DNA of 64,000 nucleotides, from NCBI GenBank assembly GCA_963709285.1, contig CAVPVR010000010.1:451570-515569 (forward strand), in the 5' to 3' direction. The DNA comes from an uncultured delta proteobacterium. GTDB taxonomy: Bacteria > Desulfobacterota > Desulfobaccia > Desulfobaccales > 0-14-0-80-60-11. The notes under the pieces are model-generated. The model did no database searches. It had not been told where the DNA came from and saw nothing but the letters and a program-made list of their open reading frames with translations. Positions 49,495-58,462 of this stretch are shown here, piece after piece. The position numbers and the translations under genes are program-made. Every line of letters starts with the position of its first letter. Positions within the stretch are counted from its first letter, which is position 1.

Positions 49495-50246
49495 TCAGTC
49501 AGCCAGTTTAGCGAAGGCCTCCTCTCTTTGCAACAAGTCTTGTCCCAGGGTAACCCGAACGGCCACTTTGGTGGGCAGAGACGACCATCTTCTTGGATTT
49601 TCGTGCTCGGGGAATAATCCCGGGCCCGCACTTGGACCGCCCGGTCTGCACCGGGCCGGTGAAAAATAACCGTTTGTTCCATCCATTGCCGTTTTTCACT
49701 TCCATCCCCGTGAAGAAAACCTCTATAATGTTCAACCAGGTTTTTTTCCCCAGGGGCGCAAGCTCCCCCCCTCTTACAACCAGAATCAGCCACCGGCAGC
49801 GAGGAGGGAACGGCCACAGGCGATGGTGCCGCCCTTACCGAAGTTGCCTCGTCAACCGGCTTCTGCTTAGGTGGCACGGTTTCCGGCGCCGGCATCCTGG
49901 GGGAGGTTTCGGTACCCGGCGTCGTATCGGCCGATGGGTGGGGAGCCCATCGGGCCAGATGTACTGAAGCGGCCTCGGTTACGGCCGGGGCCGCCGGTGG
50001 CTGCCATTTTTCTACAGGCGGTGTTTTTAGGTTCGGCTTCGAGAGCGACTGTCTTGCTATACTGACCTCGGGTTGTTCAGAGGTTGGACCTGTATAAGTT
50101 TTGGCCACTACTGCCGCGTTGGCCGGACTGGGCGGAACATTCTTTTCAAGAGCGGCCATGATCCGGGAAAGCCACCCTCGTCTCCGCACCACAATTCTTT
50201 TTGAGAAATAAACATAAGTCCGTAACTTTTTTACCCGGTCAGCCAT
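49495..50246 (-). CDS. Pro/Ala-rich hypothetical protein; 3' end requires a frame change
   Basis: The ATG at 50246 lies 21 nt after the tadC stop. The long ORF-track frame (49236..50345) would run 245 nt into tadD. A different frame ends ...VAVRVTLGQDLLQREEAFAKLAD* at 49495, immediately before the tadD GGAGGG RBS. Confidence 0.4.
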
Positions 50247-50266
50247 GGGTTTCGCGGGTAAGCCTC

Positions 50267-51205
50267 TCATTTGGCTATCAGGCTGCGGTAAATTTGAATG
50301 GCTGCGGGTCCCAGGATGACAACGAAAATGGCGGGAAAAATGCAAAAGAGGGTGGGAAAAATGATTTTAATGGGCATCTTAGCCGCCAACTCTTCCGCTC
50401 TCTGGCCCCGCTGTACCCTTACAAAATCTGCGTGCGTACGCAACGATTGGGCGATAGAAGCCCCCATTTTCTCAGACTGGATCATTAAGGCTATTAATGA
50501 TTTGATGCTTTGCACGCCAGTGCGTTCCCCCAGGTTTTTCAAGGCCGCATCTCGGGGAATGCCAGTTCTCAGCTCTGCATTGGTGATCCGAAATTCCTGC
50601 TGCAAATCTTTGGAAATGCGGCGCATTTCTTCGGCCACATGGTTTAAACTCGACTGCAATGACAGCCCCGCCTCCATGGAGACGATCATCAGATCGAGGA
50701 CATCCGGCAGGGCCTTGTCGATGCGGTCCTGCCGCCGTTTTAACGATCGTCTCAAGATGTAGTTGGGGAGGTAATATCCCAGGGCTGCCACCGCCAAAGC
50801 AATTCCCAGGTTCATTGTGGTAACCTTACTCGTCCACATCATATAGATCAGGTAGCAGAGGGGGAACAACATGGTGCTGAGTGCTTTGATGCCATAAAAC
50901 ACCGCCACCGAGTTAGTGTATCGGAAACCGGCCTGGATAAGAGTAAGACGCAGGTCCGAGGTTTCTTTTTTCTCCTTTTCCTTTCCCAGGGCCATATTCC
51001 CGAAAGAACTGATTGCTCCCAGAGCCCATTCTCTCAGGGTCGAGTTTTTCGAATCCCGGCGGACTAAGGGAGCTATCCCTGTTGTTGATTTGGCGAAACG
51101 CTCCTGCATCTCCCGGCGGGTCCCGAGGTATACGCACAGGCCATAGGTCAAAAACCCTATGGCGCCAAAAGCAACTATCAAGATAATAAGGATTATCCGG
51201 TCCAT
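50267..51205 (-). CDS. tadC: Type II secretion F-family inner-membrane platform protein TadC
   Basis: 312 aa with T2SSF domain topology, paired with tadB. Confidence 0.85.
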   Translation of the reverse strand: MDRIILIILIVAFGAIGFLTYGLCVYLGTRREMQERFAKSTTGIAPLVRRDSKNSTLREWALGAISSFGNMALGKEKEKKETSDLRLTLIQAGFRYTNSVAVFYGIKALSTMLFPLCYLIYMMWTSKVTTMNLGIALAVAALGYYLPNYILRRSLKRRQDRIDKALPDVLDLMIVSMEAGLSLQSSLNHVAEEMRRISKDLQQEFRITNAELRTGIPRDAALKNLGERTGVQSIKSLIALMIQSEKMGASIAQSLRTHADFVRVQRGQRAEELAAKMPIKIIFPTLFCIFPAIFVVILGPAAIQIYRSLIAK

Positions 51206-51217
51206 CCCTTGCTCCTT

Positions 51218-52210
51218 TTACACATTGATCCTAATGATCTTCCGCATCCAGAGGACACCCAGGAGAATATTAAGGAGCGCAATCCCAATAAAATAGGTCC
51301 CCATTGGTTCCTTGAACAGAGTGTCAATGTATTTTCGGTTCAGAATAGTGAGGGCGGTAAATACGACAAAAGGCAGAAGAGCCAGGATAAGAGCAGAAAA
51401 CCGACCCTCTGCGGTGAGGGCCTGAATCTTGCCTTTCAGCTTCAAGCGCTCTCGGATGAGATGGCCGATGTTTTCCATGACTTCAGCAAGATTCCCTCCG
51501 GTTTCACTCTGGAGCATAACCGCAGTAACAAAATACTGGAGATCCTGGCTGGCCACACGTTCTCCCATCCGCTTGAGCGCCGCGTTCATTCCCAATCCCA
51601 GACGCTGCTCATCGTAAACGATTTTCATTTCGCCACCCAATGGATTGGGGGTCTCTTTGCTCGCTAGATCAATGGAGGAAGGCAGGGCATGGCCGGCCCG
51701 CAAGGAGCGGGCCAGAAGTTCCATAGCCTCCGGCATCTGCCTTTCGATGACCTTGGTTTTGCGAGACTTTTTCATGCGCACAAACACAAAAGGTGCGTAC
51801 CCAAAAATAACCGCTGCTCCAAGGGCGGGAAAAAGTCCCATTTTGAAGAAAACTGCCCAGAATGCCAGTGCTGCCAGCAAGCCTGCCAGACTTAAAAAGT
51901 TTCCGGGACGCCAGTAGATATCGGCCTGCAGAAGACTGCGTTGCAGGTTTTCAATTTTTCCCAAAGCCCCCACACTCTTGGCAATGGCCTGGAATGCGCT
52001 TCCCTCTATCTCCTGGACGTTTTTCAGAATCTGGATCTGGGCCAGGCGATGTTTCCTGCCTTTTGTCATCCGCTGGTGCAAATGCCGGCGCTGAAGCACA
52101 GGTTTGATAATCAGGTGGTAGACTCCCGTAAACAGGAGGGCCACCCCCAAAAAAACCGCTACCAAACCCAGGGTATAATAAGGACTGGCTTTCATGTTCA
52201 AGAAATTCAT
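51218..52210 (-). CDS. tadB: Type II secretion F-family inner-membrane platform protein TadB
   Basis: 330 aa with a T2SSF domain. Confidence 0.85.
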   Translation of the reverse strand: MNFLNMKASPYYTLGLVAVFLGVALLFTGVYHLIIKPVLQRRHLHQRMTKGRKHRLAQIQILKNVQEIEGSAFQAIAKSVGALGKIENLQRSLLQADIYWRPGNFLSLAGLLAALAFWAVFFKMGLFPALGAAVIFGYAPFVFVRMKKSRKTKVIERQMPEAMELLARSLRAGHALPSSIDLASKETPNPLGGEMKIVYDEQRLGLGMNAALKRMGERVASQDLQYFVTAVMLQSETGGNLAEVMENIGHLIRERLKLKGKIQALTAEGRFSALILALLPFVVFTALTILNRKYIDTLFKEPMGTYFIGIALLNILLGVLWMRKIIRINV

Positions 52211-52248
52211 AAGCCCACTCCGTAATTGACCGCCCGCCTTTTCCTTCG

Positions 52249-53646
52249 CTAATAGCGTTTGAAGCGAAGATCGCTAGCATCCGGCAGACTGAACAGATTG
52301 TCATCCAGGGGCACCCCAAAAATCTTGCAGCGGTCTGCAAACCGGGGCCGCACCCCAGTGGAGGTGAAGCGACCCACCACTCGCTGTTGATCATCCATGG
52401 AGTGCCGCTCATAAAGAAAGATGTCCTGCATGCTGATAACGCCACTCTCCATCCCGGTTATTTCCGACAACGAGATCATGCGGCGCACCCCGTCGCTATG
52501 TCGGGCCAGCTGCATGATAACGTCCAAAGACGAGCTGATCATCTGCCGCATGGCCTTTTCCGTGATCTTGAAGCCGGAAAGCTGCATCATGGTTTCCAGG
52601 CGCATCAGGGCGTCCCGGGCGGTGTTGGCGTGGATGGTAGTCATGGAGCCTTCGTGGCCGGTGTTCATGGCCTGGAACATGTCGATGACTTCAGCGCCCC
52701 GCACCTCACCCACAACGATGCGGTCCGGGCGCATACGGAGACTGTTGCGCACCAAATCCCGCTGGGTAATTTCACCTTTCCCTTCTACGTTAGGGGGCCG
52801 GGTCTCCAGGCGGGCGACGTGCTCCTGCTGAAGCTGTAGTTCCGCCGAGTCCTCGATCGTGATGATGCGCTCACGGTTCGGGATGAATCCCGAGAGGATA
52901 TTCAACAGAGTTGTCTTCCCAGCACCGGTGCCCCCGGAGATCAGGACGTTCATCTTGGCCATCACCATGGCCTTCAGTACCTCGCCGACCTCCGGAGTCA
53001 GGGAGCCTTTTTCAATAAGATCTTCAAGGGTAGGCCGCTGTACTGCAAAACGGCGAATAGACAGCATGGGCCCGTCCAGAGCCAAAGGCGGGATAATGGC
53101 ATTGACTCGGGAACCGTCCGGCAACCGGGCGTCCACCATAGGGGTGGCTTCGTCAATACGCCGGCCCACATTTGCCACAATCTTGTTAATTATCTTGAGA
53201 AGGTGGCTGTTGTCCTGGAACCTGATCTGGGTCTTTTCCAGTTTTCCCTGCCGCTCTATGTACACCTGGTCGAAGCGATTGGCCAGGATATCAGAGATGT
53301 TGGGATCTGTGAGAAGGGGTTCCAGGGGCCCCAGACCCAAGATCTCGAATTCAAGTTCTTGAACGAGGCGATTCTTCTCCTGGAGATTGATGGGCTCGGA
53401 CTCTTCCCGGAATAGTTGCTCCAAAGCCTGGCGCATTTCCCTCGCCACCACGATGTCATCCAGATTCTCCATCTGGCTCAAGTCCAGGCGCTCTAAGAGA
53501 AGGGTGTGAATCCGGCTTTTCACTTCATAGAGCTTGGCTTCCCTGTTTTCGTCTCCGCGAAAGGAAGTAAACAAAGCCACAGCCGCTCCCGGCTCCTGGT
53601 CCTTCACTTCCTGAAAAGTTCTCTTGCTGTATCGTCGAAAAGCCAT
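52249..53646 (-). CDS. cpaF: Tad pilus secretion ATPase CpaF/TadA
   Basis: 465 aa. Walker [10 protein letters not shown], Asp box, Walker [12 protein letters not shown] and His box of T2SS/T4SS E-type ATPases. Confidence 0.95.
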   Translation of the reverse strand: MAFRRYSKRTFQEVKDQEPGAAVALFTSFRGDENREAKLYEVKSRIHTLLLERLDLSQMENLDDIVVAREMRQALEQLFREESEPINLQEKNRLVQELEFEILGLGPLEPLLTDPNISDILANRFDQVYIERQGKLEKTQIRFQDNSHLLKIINKIVANVGRRIDEATPMVDARLPDGSRVNAIIPPLALDGPMLSIRRFAVQRPTLEDLIEKGSLTPEVGEVLKAMVMAKMNVLISGGTGAGKTTLLNILSGFIPNRERIITIEDSAELQLQQEHVARLETRPPNVEGKGEITQRDLVRNSLRMRPDRIVVGEVRGAEVIDMFQAMNTGHEGSMTTIHANTARDALMRLETMMQLSGFKITEKAMRQMISSSLDVIMQLARHSDGVRRMISLSEITGMESGVISMQDIFLYERHSMDDQQRVVGRFTSTGVRPRFADRCKIFGVPLDDNLFSLPDASDLRFKRY

Positions 53647-53661
53647 GTGGTCAAACCTCCC

Positions 53662-54849
53662 TTAAAATACCCAGAACCGACGGCGAGGCTTTACTTCCCC
53701 TGCACCCTCCGCTGGTTGAAATTGACCCACCAGACGGTGAGCTAACTCCTCCAAACCCGACCAGAGCTTGGATTTGGGAGCCACACCCACCAGCGGTATG
53801 CCCCGGTTGATGGCTTCGTTAATGTGCTGGTAGTCGCTGGGTAAGGTAAAAAAAGCTTTCTGTTTGATAACCTGTTGCAGGTTGCTCAAACTTAAGCCGT
53901 TGCTCCTATCATAACGGTTAACCACCAGCTTCACCTTTTCCTGAACCTGATCCCAGTTCCTGAGAAGAGGCCAAAGATGCCCAAGGTTCCGCAGGTCAGG
54001 GACACTAAGTTCCAGCAGCATGAGCACCTGGTCGCAGTCTTGAACCACCTGTAAAAACAATTCATCCAGCCAGTGGCTGAGGTCCACCACCACCCAGCGA
54101 TACCGGGATTTCAATAGAGAGAAAACCTTTTTGAGCCCTTCTAGGTTTATGTTATCTTGGTCATGAAAATCAGAAATGCCGTGAACGAGGGCAAGGTTTT
54201 TTTCATAAGGCTGGACGATTTTTTCCATGAAAATATGGTCCAGATTTTCCTGGTTCTGAATTAGGTCAAAAAGGGTGTACATGGACTCCCGGTCCAGGAA
54301 ATTGCCGACATCGGGATACGGGCGGCCCAGGTCCACCAGTACCACCCGTTCTGCTTGCACCCTGGACAAGGCCAGAGAAAGGTTGACGGCAACCGTGGTG
54401 GCCCCAACCCCCCCTTTGTTACCAGTGATTACCAGCATCTTGCCGGAGACACCGGACATCTCTAACAGCCGTTTCTTGGAGGCTCGTATGCGTTGAAGAG
54501 CTTTTTCCAACTCTTCCTGGTTCAAGGGCAAGGAAACCACTTCTCTGACACCTAAGCGCATGGCCGTTAGCAAGAATTCGGGATCCATGCTTTCGGAACA
54601 CAACAGCACTGCGGTATGGGGGAGGCTGGTTGGCAAGGTTTCTAGCCACTCGGGCAAGCTGTCATCACCATCCGTGTAGACCATGACCAGGTCTGCTGCC
54701 AAGCCCTGCTTGTGTTCTAAAAATTCCTCAGGATTTGTTGACTGACCCACCATCTGGACTTGGGGGATATTTTCCACCAACTCCAAAACAGCCGGGTCTG
54801 GATTCCCGGTGCCAAACAGGATTGAGACTTTCAGCATCTCCGGCAGCAT
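53662..54849 (-). CDS. cpaE: CpaE/TadZ: receiver-like N-domain plus atypical ParA/MinD ATPase
   Basis: VITGNKGGVGATTVAVNLS (atypical Walker A). The start is moved to the internal ATG (MLPEMLKVSILFG) to avoid overlapping the upstream gene. Confidence 0.85.
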   Translation of the reverse strand: MLPEMLKVSILFGTGNPDPAVLELVENIPQVQMVGQSTNPEEFLEHKQGLAADLVMVYTDGDDSLPEWLETLPTSLPHTAVLLCSESMDPEFLLTAMRLGVREVVSLPLNQEELEKALQRIRASKKRLLEMSGVSGKMLVITGNKGGVGATTVAVNLSLALSRVQAERVVLVDLGRPYPDVGNFLDRESMYTLFDLIQNQENLDHIFMEKIVQPYEKNLALVHGISDFHDQDNINLEGLKKVFSLLKSRYRWVVVDLSHWLDELFLQVVQDCDQVLMLLELSVPDLRNLGHLWPLLRNWDQVQEKVKLVVNRYDRSNGLSLSNLQQVIKQKAFFTLPSDYQHINEAINRGIPLVGVAPKSKLWSGLEELAHRLVGQFQPAEGAGEVKPRRRFWVF

Positions 54850-54877
54850 GGTTCGCAGGACCTCCTTGGGGCTTACC

Positions 54878-55216
54878 TCATTTGGCGTCGCCGGCGCCAG
54901 TGAGCATCGGCATGAGGGTACCCTTAGTTTCGGGCTTGAAGCTTTTGTTGTATTTGTTGTAGGCGTTGGCCGCGGCCTCATGGGGTTGGAGGATGATGTC
55001 CGCCACCGCGGGGTTGGCCACAGAAATGCGGGTGAGGGGAACGGGCAGCCGCAAGACCTTGGACTGCCCGGCGCGCAACCGCAAGCTCTGGGTGATCTCC
55101 TGGTCCAGAATCCGCCCCAAAGGACCCGCCGTCCACACCGGCCCGGTCAGGAAACCTGAGACCACCAGCTCCAGGAAAAGTAATCCCCAACTTGCATCCT
55201 TTGCATTTGTTGCCAT
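54878..55216 (-). CDS. Small protein carrying only a pilus-formation/secretin N-terminal (BON-like) region
   Basis: LRLRAGQSKVLRLPVPLTRISVANPAVADIILQPHE matches the N-terminal module of CpaC/RcpA secretins, but the ORF stops after about 112 aa. The ATG at 55216 is preceded by AAGGGGGAG. Confidence 0.5.
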   Translation of the reverse strand: MATNAKDASWGLLFLELVVSGFLTGPVWTAGPLGRILDQEITQSLRLRAGQSKVLRLPVPLTRISVANPAVADIILQPHEAAANAYNKYNKSFKPETKGTLMPMLTGAGDAK

Positions 55217-55337
55217 ACGCTCCCCCTTGTCACCCTCCGTGTCCTCCAACCCGGTGGCGTCCCCCTCCTCATACACGCCATCTACGCTCCCGGGCCTGAA
55301 AAGAGATAGTTTTACCTGAGACTCACCAGGCTTCCCT

Positions 55338-56147
55338 TTATATACTGGCCTTGCTGCGGTTCATTCCCTTGATCACCTCTACGGCCACTTCCTTCTTGGA
55401 ACTGGACGCCACGGGGGCGCTCACCTTGGGTGACGGTGCATTCACTAGCTGGGAAGTTATAACCCCACGGGTAGAAGCCGTTTCCAGGTTATTACGGCTT
55501 CTCAGGGCCAAACGGATTTTCCCCTGGTTGCTGGCCAGGTTCAGAATCTCGCCCTCATCTGGAGTCACTTCCAGGGTCACGGTTTTCACTACCACCGGTT
55601 TCTGGTCTTGTTGCTGCTGTTCCCAGATTTGACCGCTGGAGAGCACCACGATGTTTTGTAAGATAGTCTTGGAATAGTGCTGTTCGCTATCTTGGGGAAC
55701 CGGTATGCTCATCAGCACATCCACATGGTCCCCAGGCCTAATGAACCCAGCATTACCCGAGACGTCGTCCACCCGCACGGTTACGGCCCGTTTGCCATCG
55801 GACAGAAGACCACCCAGTCCTGCGGCTGTCCCTTCCGGCGCCAGTTTGTTCATGAGGATGGGCTCCCCCTTGCTCAGGGGGATGATGACCACCCGGTCTT
55901 TGACCGCTTCAAAGCCAGCAGGTGCTCCTTCCGGCACCAGTTCCTGGGGCCAGGAAACCTTTTTCACCAGATTAGAGCCCAGGGCCGTGCCCGGGGCGAT
56001 CTCCACCGCGGCCACCACCACCGGGGCCGTGGGTTTTTTGACTACCCGGGTTTTAATGGAGACATACTGATGGATTAGTACGGTGGCCATAAGGCCGGCC
56101 ACCACCGCCACCACGATATACAGTATTCCTTTCGGTAATTTCTTCAT
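55338..56147 (-). CDS. cpaB: Flp pilus assembly protein CpaB/RcpC (SAF domain)
   Basis: 269 aa with an N-terminal TM helix, a SAF domain and an RcpC-like beta domain. Confidence 0.9.
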   Translation of the reverse strand: MKKLPKGILYIVVAVVAGLMATVLIHQYVSIKTRVVKKPTAPVVVAAVEIAPGTALGSNLVKKVSWPQELVPEGAPAGFEAVKDRVVIIPLSKGEPILMNKLAPEGTAAGLGGLLSDGKRAVTVRVDDVSGNAGFIRPGDHVDVLMSIPVPQDSEQHYSKTILQNIVVLSSGQIWEQQQQDQKPVVVKTVTLEVTPDEGEILNLASNQGKIRLALRSRNNLETASTRGVITSQLVNAPSPKVSAPVASSSKKEVAVEVIKGMNRSKASI

Positions 56148-56154
56148 GGCTCAC

Positions 56155-56610
56155 TCACTCCACTTTCATGATAGTTTCAGAGTGAAAGGTGATTCCACTC
56201 ATCGTTGGTAATAGACCACTCATGAAATCCCAGGGATTTTGGCAGTGCACCCGGACGATGAGGTCCGCACCTGGGTTCCCGGTCGTATAGCCGGCACCGG
56301 CAAGTTCAATGGTGACCAGGCCATCAGCGTCAATTAAAAAATTGTTGATATAGGTTCTGACCACCTGTTCGATGGTGGGGTTGAGGTTCGCCGGAGTCAA
56401 ACGGTCGCCGACTGCGTCGGTGCGATAAATGGATCCGTAGCGGGCCCCTTCCCGGGAACCCGCAGTGATAACGTATTTGGTGTAAAACATCAGGCCGAAC
56501 TGGATGACGCCCAGGATGATCAGGAGCAGAACCATGATGAGCAGGGCAAACTCCACCATGGCGCCTCCATCTTCCCTTTTCATAGGTAACCTCCTACCAC
56601 TGGACCTCAT
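56155..56610 (-). CDS. tadE: TadE-like pseudopilin
   Basis: GGAMVEFALLIMVLLLIILGVIQFG, a TadE/Flp-like processing and hydrophobic segment. Confidence 0.8.
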   Translation of the reverse strand: MRSSGRRLPMKREDGGAMVEFALLIMVLLLIILGVIQFGLMFYTKYVITAGSREGARYGSIYRTDAVGDRLTPANLNPTIEQVVRTYINNFLIDADGLVTIELAGAGYTTGNPGADLIVRVHCQNPWDFMSGLLPTMSGITFHSETIMKVE

Positions 56611-56613
56611 TAC

Positions 56614-57168
56614 TTAACCCCCTCGCCAGAACAGAACTGCCATGCCCAGGGCGATGGCCACCCCGTAGGGAATGCCCTTGACCTCCGCTTTAGGGGCTGG
56701 TCCAGGGGACAGGCCCGTTGGGCGAAAAAGTATCCAGCTCAGCAAATAAGACCAGCCCTGGCGAATCTTCACCCATAGGTGTCCTCTGTAAATGAGAACT
56801 CCCAAAGCTATGATGCCGCCGGCTAGAGCCATGTATATGAAAAGCATTAACGTGAGGCCGGGCCCCAGCCAGGTCCCCAGAGCTGCCAGGGCTTTCACGT
56901 CCCCTGCTCCCATGCCTCCTAAGAGATAAAAGGGAAATAGCAGGAAGAACCCCAAAGCCAGCCCCAGCAAACCGCTACCCACGCCATTTAAGCCGTAAAA
57001 GGCAGCCTGGAAAAGCAAGCCGGCTAAGGCAGTGCCCAAAGTAAGATAATTAGGAATGCGGTAGGTTCTGAGGTCACCCCAGGCAATCCACCAGGCGATT
57101 GCCAGCGGCAACAACAAGTGTGCCTGGGATGCACCCCAGGAAAAAACGTTGCTAAGATAATTGACCAC
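56614..57168 (-). CDS. cpaA: A24-family prepilin peptidase CpaA/TadV
   Basis: 184 aa polytopic protein with the GMGAGDVKALAALG catalytic Asp motif. Confidence 0.85.
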   Translation of the reverse strand: MVNYLSNVFSWGASQAHLLLPLAIAWWIAWGDLRTYRIPNYLTLGTALAGLLFQAAFYGLNGVGSGLLGLALGFFLLFPFYLLGGMGAGDVKALAALGTWLGPGLTLMLFIYMALAGGIIALGVLIYRGHLWVKIRQGWSYLLSWILFRPTGLSPGPAPKAEVKGIPYGVAIALGMAVLFWRGG

Positions 57169-57212
57169 GGCCTTCCCTCCTAAAGCCCGACGGTCCTTCG
57201 GCCCTTACTTCA

Positions 57213-57317
57213 TTAGGCCCACCACGTAATTCGGGACAAGATTAGGACCGCCAGGGACATGGACAGGGCCACAATTGCTGCCTTTGACACCGTGTAAGTT
57301 ACTCCTCCTTTTCCCAT
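57213..57317 (-). CDS. Candidate 34-aa membrane peptide (not in the ORF track)
   Basis: Hand translation gives MGKGGVTYTVSKAAIVALSMSLAVLILSRITWWA*. A strong RBS (AAGGAGG) lies 5 nt upstream. Confidence 0.35.
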   Translation of the reverse strand: MGKGGVTYTVSKAAIVALSMSLAVLILSRITWWA

Positions 57318-57368
57318 GGCGACCTCCTTTGCTCTTAATTTGGTGATGGCACCCCGGTTGCAAAGTGC

Positions 57369-57406
57369 GGTAATGGCCCGGCCGGGGCTTAAGCCGGGCC
57401 ATTACC
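57369..57406 (-). terminator. Strong stem-loop downstream of the flp genes (attenuator/partial terminator candidate)
   Basis: GGTAATGGCCCGG ... CCGGGCCATTACC is a perfect 13-bp stem. Only a short U-tract follows on the minus strand. Confidence 0.5.
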
Positions 57407-57470
57407 TTGACGGACATGATTAAGAGTTTACGAGCATTACCAGAGCCTGTTCGTTCCTCTGGATGTGAGA

Positions 57471-57641
57471 TCAGCTAGCCGCATTCAGCGGGTTCCCGGC
57501 TGCGGTGAAGATTGTCGCAATTCCATCTCTGATGCCCGGGAAGATCGTCCCCACACATGCGATGCCAATGAGTGCCACGAGCAGGGCGTACTCCACCATG
57601 TTAGCGCCCGAGTCATCGCTGCAAAATTGCCATACTCTCAT
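57471..57641 (-). CDS. flp: Flp-family type IVb pilin
   Basis: MRVWQFCSDDSG/ANMVEYALLVALIGIA carries the G/XXXXEY processing motif. RBS GGGAGGTG. The ORF-track start at 57683 is rejected. Confidence 0.85.
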   Translation of the reverse strand: MRVWQFCSDDSGANMVEYALLVALIGIACVGTIFPGIRDGIATIFTAAGNPLNAAS

Positions 57642-57698
57642 CTTACACCTCCCATCGCGGCACTTTGCTGGACCTATGCTCACACTTGGAACGATACC

Positions 57699-57869
57699 TT
57701 AGCTAGCAGCATTCAACGAAGTCGTGGCAGTGGTGAAGGTGGTGCCGATGCCACCTTGCAAGAGCGTGATCACTCCAATCAGGGCAACGCCCACGAGAGC
57801 AGTCAACAGGGCATACTCCACCATGTTCGCGCCAGACTCGTCCTTGAAGAATTTCCGGATCTTTTCCAT
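57699..57869 (-). CDS. flp: Flp-family type IVb pilin
   Basis: MEKIRKFFKDESG/ANMVEYALLTALVGVA. The second ATG is preferred because GGAGG lies 8 nt upstream of it; the ORF-track start is 57884. Confidence 0.85.
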   Translation of the reverse strand: MEKIRKFFKDESGANMVEYALLTALVGVALIGVITLLQGGIGTTFTTATTSLNAAS

Positions 57870-58069
57870 TTCTTTTTCCTCCATTTATTTATTTATTTTT
57901 TTTGCTTGCGAGAATTAGTTTGTTGATCGGTTGTTGGTTTTTGATTTATGGACCAGGCGATGCCTTACCTGCCTGGTCTGCGTCCCTGAACCGTTGCTTC
58001 TTTATTTCTTTTTCCCCGTCTGTTCCCTCCTCCTTCCCTTGAGAAGTTTGTCAGTTTCTTTTAATTGCT

Positions 58070-58085
58070 TCCAAGAAATGTGCCA
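58070..58085 (-). promoter_or_regulatory. Candidate sigma-54 (-24/-12) promoter for the flp/tad operon
   Basis: The minus strand reads TGGCAC-ATTTC-TTGG, against the consensus TGGCAC-N5-TTGC. It lies about 200 nt upstream of flp, and a sigma-54 activator gene is adjacent. Confidence 0.4.
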
Positions 58086-58163
58086 TTCTGTTTAATTTTT
58101 TTAAAACCAAATGTAATTTAAACGGAAAAAGCCTGGTCCCTCCTCGCTTTCATTCTTGAAAAC

Positions 58164-58215
58164 TTGTTCTAACCAGCTGCGGTTGTTGGCAGGTTACCAA
58201 ATCGGGTCAGAACAA
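58164..58215. promoter_or_regulatory. Inverted repeat (TTGTTCTAACC ... GGTCAGAACAA), possible enhancer-binding site
   Basis: 10 of 11 positions match as an inverted repeat, 80-130 nt upstream of the candidate -24/-12 element. Confidence 0.25.
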
Positions 58216-58462
58216 ACGTTGGAGCTGTAAATAAGGAAGTTCAGATGAGCGCAGTTTCTTCGGATTCTGGGCCAGGTGGCAGGTGGGTTGGTCGATGCTG
58301 TGGAGAAGACGCGATAAAAAGAAGGAAATTATGGTGAGTTTACCAAGGGGGGGATAAGTGAAGGCTCATCAGATCATGGACAGGGCATGCGCCCAGCCAA
58401 TAGGTGGCTGGCCTTCCCCAAAAATTATCATTTCACAAGATAATTTATTCTTTTAAAATAAT

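Noticed and set aside
49500-49740. Assigning a SPOR-type peptidoglycan-binding domain to the C-terminus of the Pro-rich protein
   Set aside because: The frame in this stretch is ambiguous, and the pattern match (VAVRVTLG...REEAFAKL) is too weak to support a domain call.
57205-57417. 70-aa minus-strand ORF between flp2 and cpaA
   Set aside because: It reads through the 13-bp stem-loop and has no RBS. A different frame holds a short RBS-preceded ORF.
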